Of a stretch of 8,632 nucleotides of DNA, positions 7,804 through 8,632 are shown one piece after another (within the stretch, counting starts at the first letter, position 1; each line of letters starts with the position of its first letter). The stretch lies in IMG/VR virus record IMGVR_UViG_2671180603_000016. One strand, 5' to 3'. Source of the DNA: a virus (taxonomy: Duplodnaviria; Heunggongvirae; Uroviricota; Caudoviricetes). A program made the position numbers and the translations under genes. Under the pieces are notes generated by a model. It was not told the DNA's origin. It saw only the letters and a program-made list of their open reading frames with translations, and ran no database searches.

Positions 7804-8472
7804 CTATTTTTTCCCTGAAGCGGAAAACATTACTACAGTACCTTGAACCTTGGTTTTAACATTCTCGAAATGCTCTGAGAGTATATGTGTTAAGCCTTCT
7901 TCGGAATCTTTTGTGTTTGAAAAGATGCCTTTCTGATTGTAAATGCGCATCAGTTTTTGACCGAAGCTATTGTGCACAACTCCATCGCCAAGAATTGTGG
8001 CTCCGTATAGAGTTCCATCATCAGTTAAGGCCTGCGCCGCATTGCGTATTACACAGCTTTTTGTAGATATATTTCCAGGCAGGCAGTGAAGAAGGTAAAA
8101 CATGGAAATGGAATCAAATTGACCATGTAACGCCGCGGGATAAGGTTCAAAAACATCATGGCTAATTTTATGTTTAATTTTTGATTCCCCAGCCCTTGTA
8201 GATGCCGCGTTCAGGCTAGCTTCGTTCAAATCCATTAAAGATATCAGACTACTCTCAGGTACGTGAGTAAGGTAAAACCCAGTTCCAACACCAATATCCA
8301 GATGGTTGTTACCTAAATGTTCCAGAAAGTGTGGAAGAAGGTGTTCCTTTGTAGGACATCCCCATGCAAGCCGATTTGATACTCCCAAAACCCACCAGTC
8401 ATAAAGCTTTAGGGTAAGTGGTGTGTAAATTTTAGCCCCATCATCTGTGTTTTTTTTCATTAATTTCACCAT
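7804..8472 (-). CDS. Class I (Rossmann-fold) SAM-dependent methyltransferase, substrate unknown; likely prophage cargo
   Basis: 222-codon ORF. Motif I HLDIGVGTGFY, acidic post-I residue (ISLMDLN), motif II-like FDSISMFYLLHCLP, motif III-like LTDDGTLYGAT. No DPPY/NPPY or PCQ/ENV DNA-methyltransferase motifs. A second ATG at 8458-8460 (MKKNT...) has a better SD-like GGTGA and may be the true start. AT-rich relative to the tail genes. Confidence 0.8.
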   Translation of the reverse strand: MVKLMKKNTDDGAKIYTPLTLKLYDWWVLGVSNRLAWGCPTKEHLLPHFLEHLGNNHLDIGVGTGFYLTHVPESSLISLMDLNEASLNAASTRAGESKIKHKISHDVFEPYPAALHGQFDSISMFYLLHCLPGNISTKSCVIRNAAQALTDDGTLYGATILGDGVVHNSFGQKLMRIYNQKGIFSNTKDSEEGLTHILSEHFENVKTKVQGTVVMFSASGKK

Positions 8473-8501
8473 ATTATAGTTTTATTTGTGAATTAAATCA
8501 A
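8473..8501 (-). promoter_or_regulatory. Candidate sigma70 promoter for the methyltransferase gene
   Basis: On the minus strand: TTGATT (rc of 8496-8501), 17-nt spacer, TATAAT (rc of 8473-8478), abutting the first ATG. A start near 8466 would give a very short leader before ATG 8458-8460. Confidence 0.35.
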
Positions 8502-8528
8502 TTATGGCGATGAATTACAAGGGGTTAA

Positions 8529-8632
8529 ATGCTGCCGCAGCATAGCGATATTGAAATAGCCTGGTATGCTTCGATACAGCAGGAGCCGAATGGCTGGAAG
8601 ACCGTCACCACACAGTTCTACATCCAGGAATT
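8529..8632 (+). CDS. Hypothetical protein, 5' end only (continues beyond the window)
   Basis: ATG 8529 preceded by AAGGGG at -6 to -11. Open for 34 codons to the window edge (MLPQHSDIEIAWYASIQQEPNGWKTVTTQFYIQE). Not recognised. Divergent from the methyltransferase gene. Confidence 0.35.
   Translation, partial: MLPQHSDIEIAWYASIQQEPNGWKTVTTQFYIQE

Noticed and set aside
7804-8472. Methyltransferase as the modification half of a restriction-modification system
   Set aside because: No DPPY/NPPY (N6A/N4C) or PCQ/ENV (C5) motifs, size and motif order fit non-DNA class I methyltransferases, and no nuclease gene is adjacent within the window.
1-8632. CRISPR array, tRNA/attachment site, IS element or transposase
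   Set aside because: No regularly spaced direct repeats, no tRNA-like cloverleaf region, no transposase-like ORF or terminal inverted repeats were seen. The only inverted repeats are the recombinase sites and the cassette paralogies described above.

Overview
Tail-fibre end of a lambda-like (lambdoid) prophage, read in the late-operon direction. Left to right: the 3' end of J (central tail fibre), lom, a truncated stf paralog fused to a lom 3' relic (footprint of a segmental duplication or inter-prophage crossover), and the full-length side tail fibre gene stf. The 3' third of stf lies inside a ~2.9 kb invertible segment of the Mu G / P1 C / e14 P type, bounded by 26-bp inverted crossover sites. 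The segment holds the stf variable end plus tfa on the + strand, and tfa' plus a start-less alternative stf end on the - strand. The adjacent pin-like invertase gene is decayed (three in-frame stops, 3' part missing) and is fused to the last ~30 codons of a lambda-type tfa. The window ends with AT-rich cargo: a minus-strand class I SAM-dependent methyltransferase and the start of an unidentified plus-strand ORF. I see no rRNA, tRNA, CRISPR array or IS element. I do not see a clear-cut new defence system; the most unusual items are the stf-lom chimera, the orphaned inversion switch and the methyltransferase cargo. All protein identifications are from recall of family sequences by eye, not from searches.
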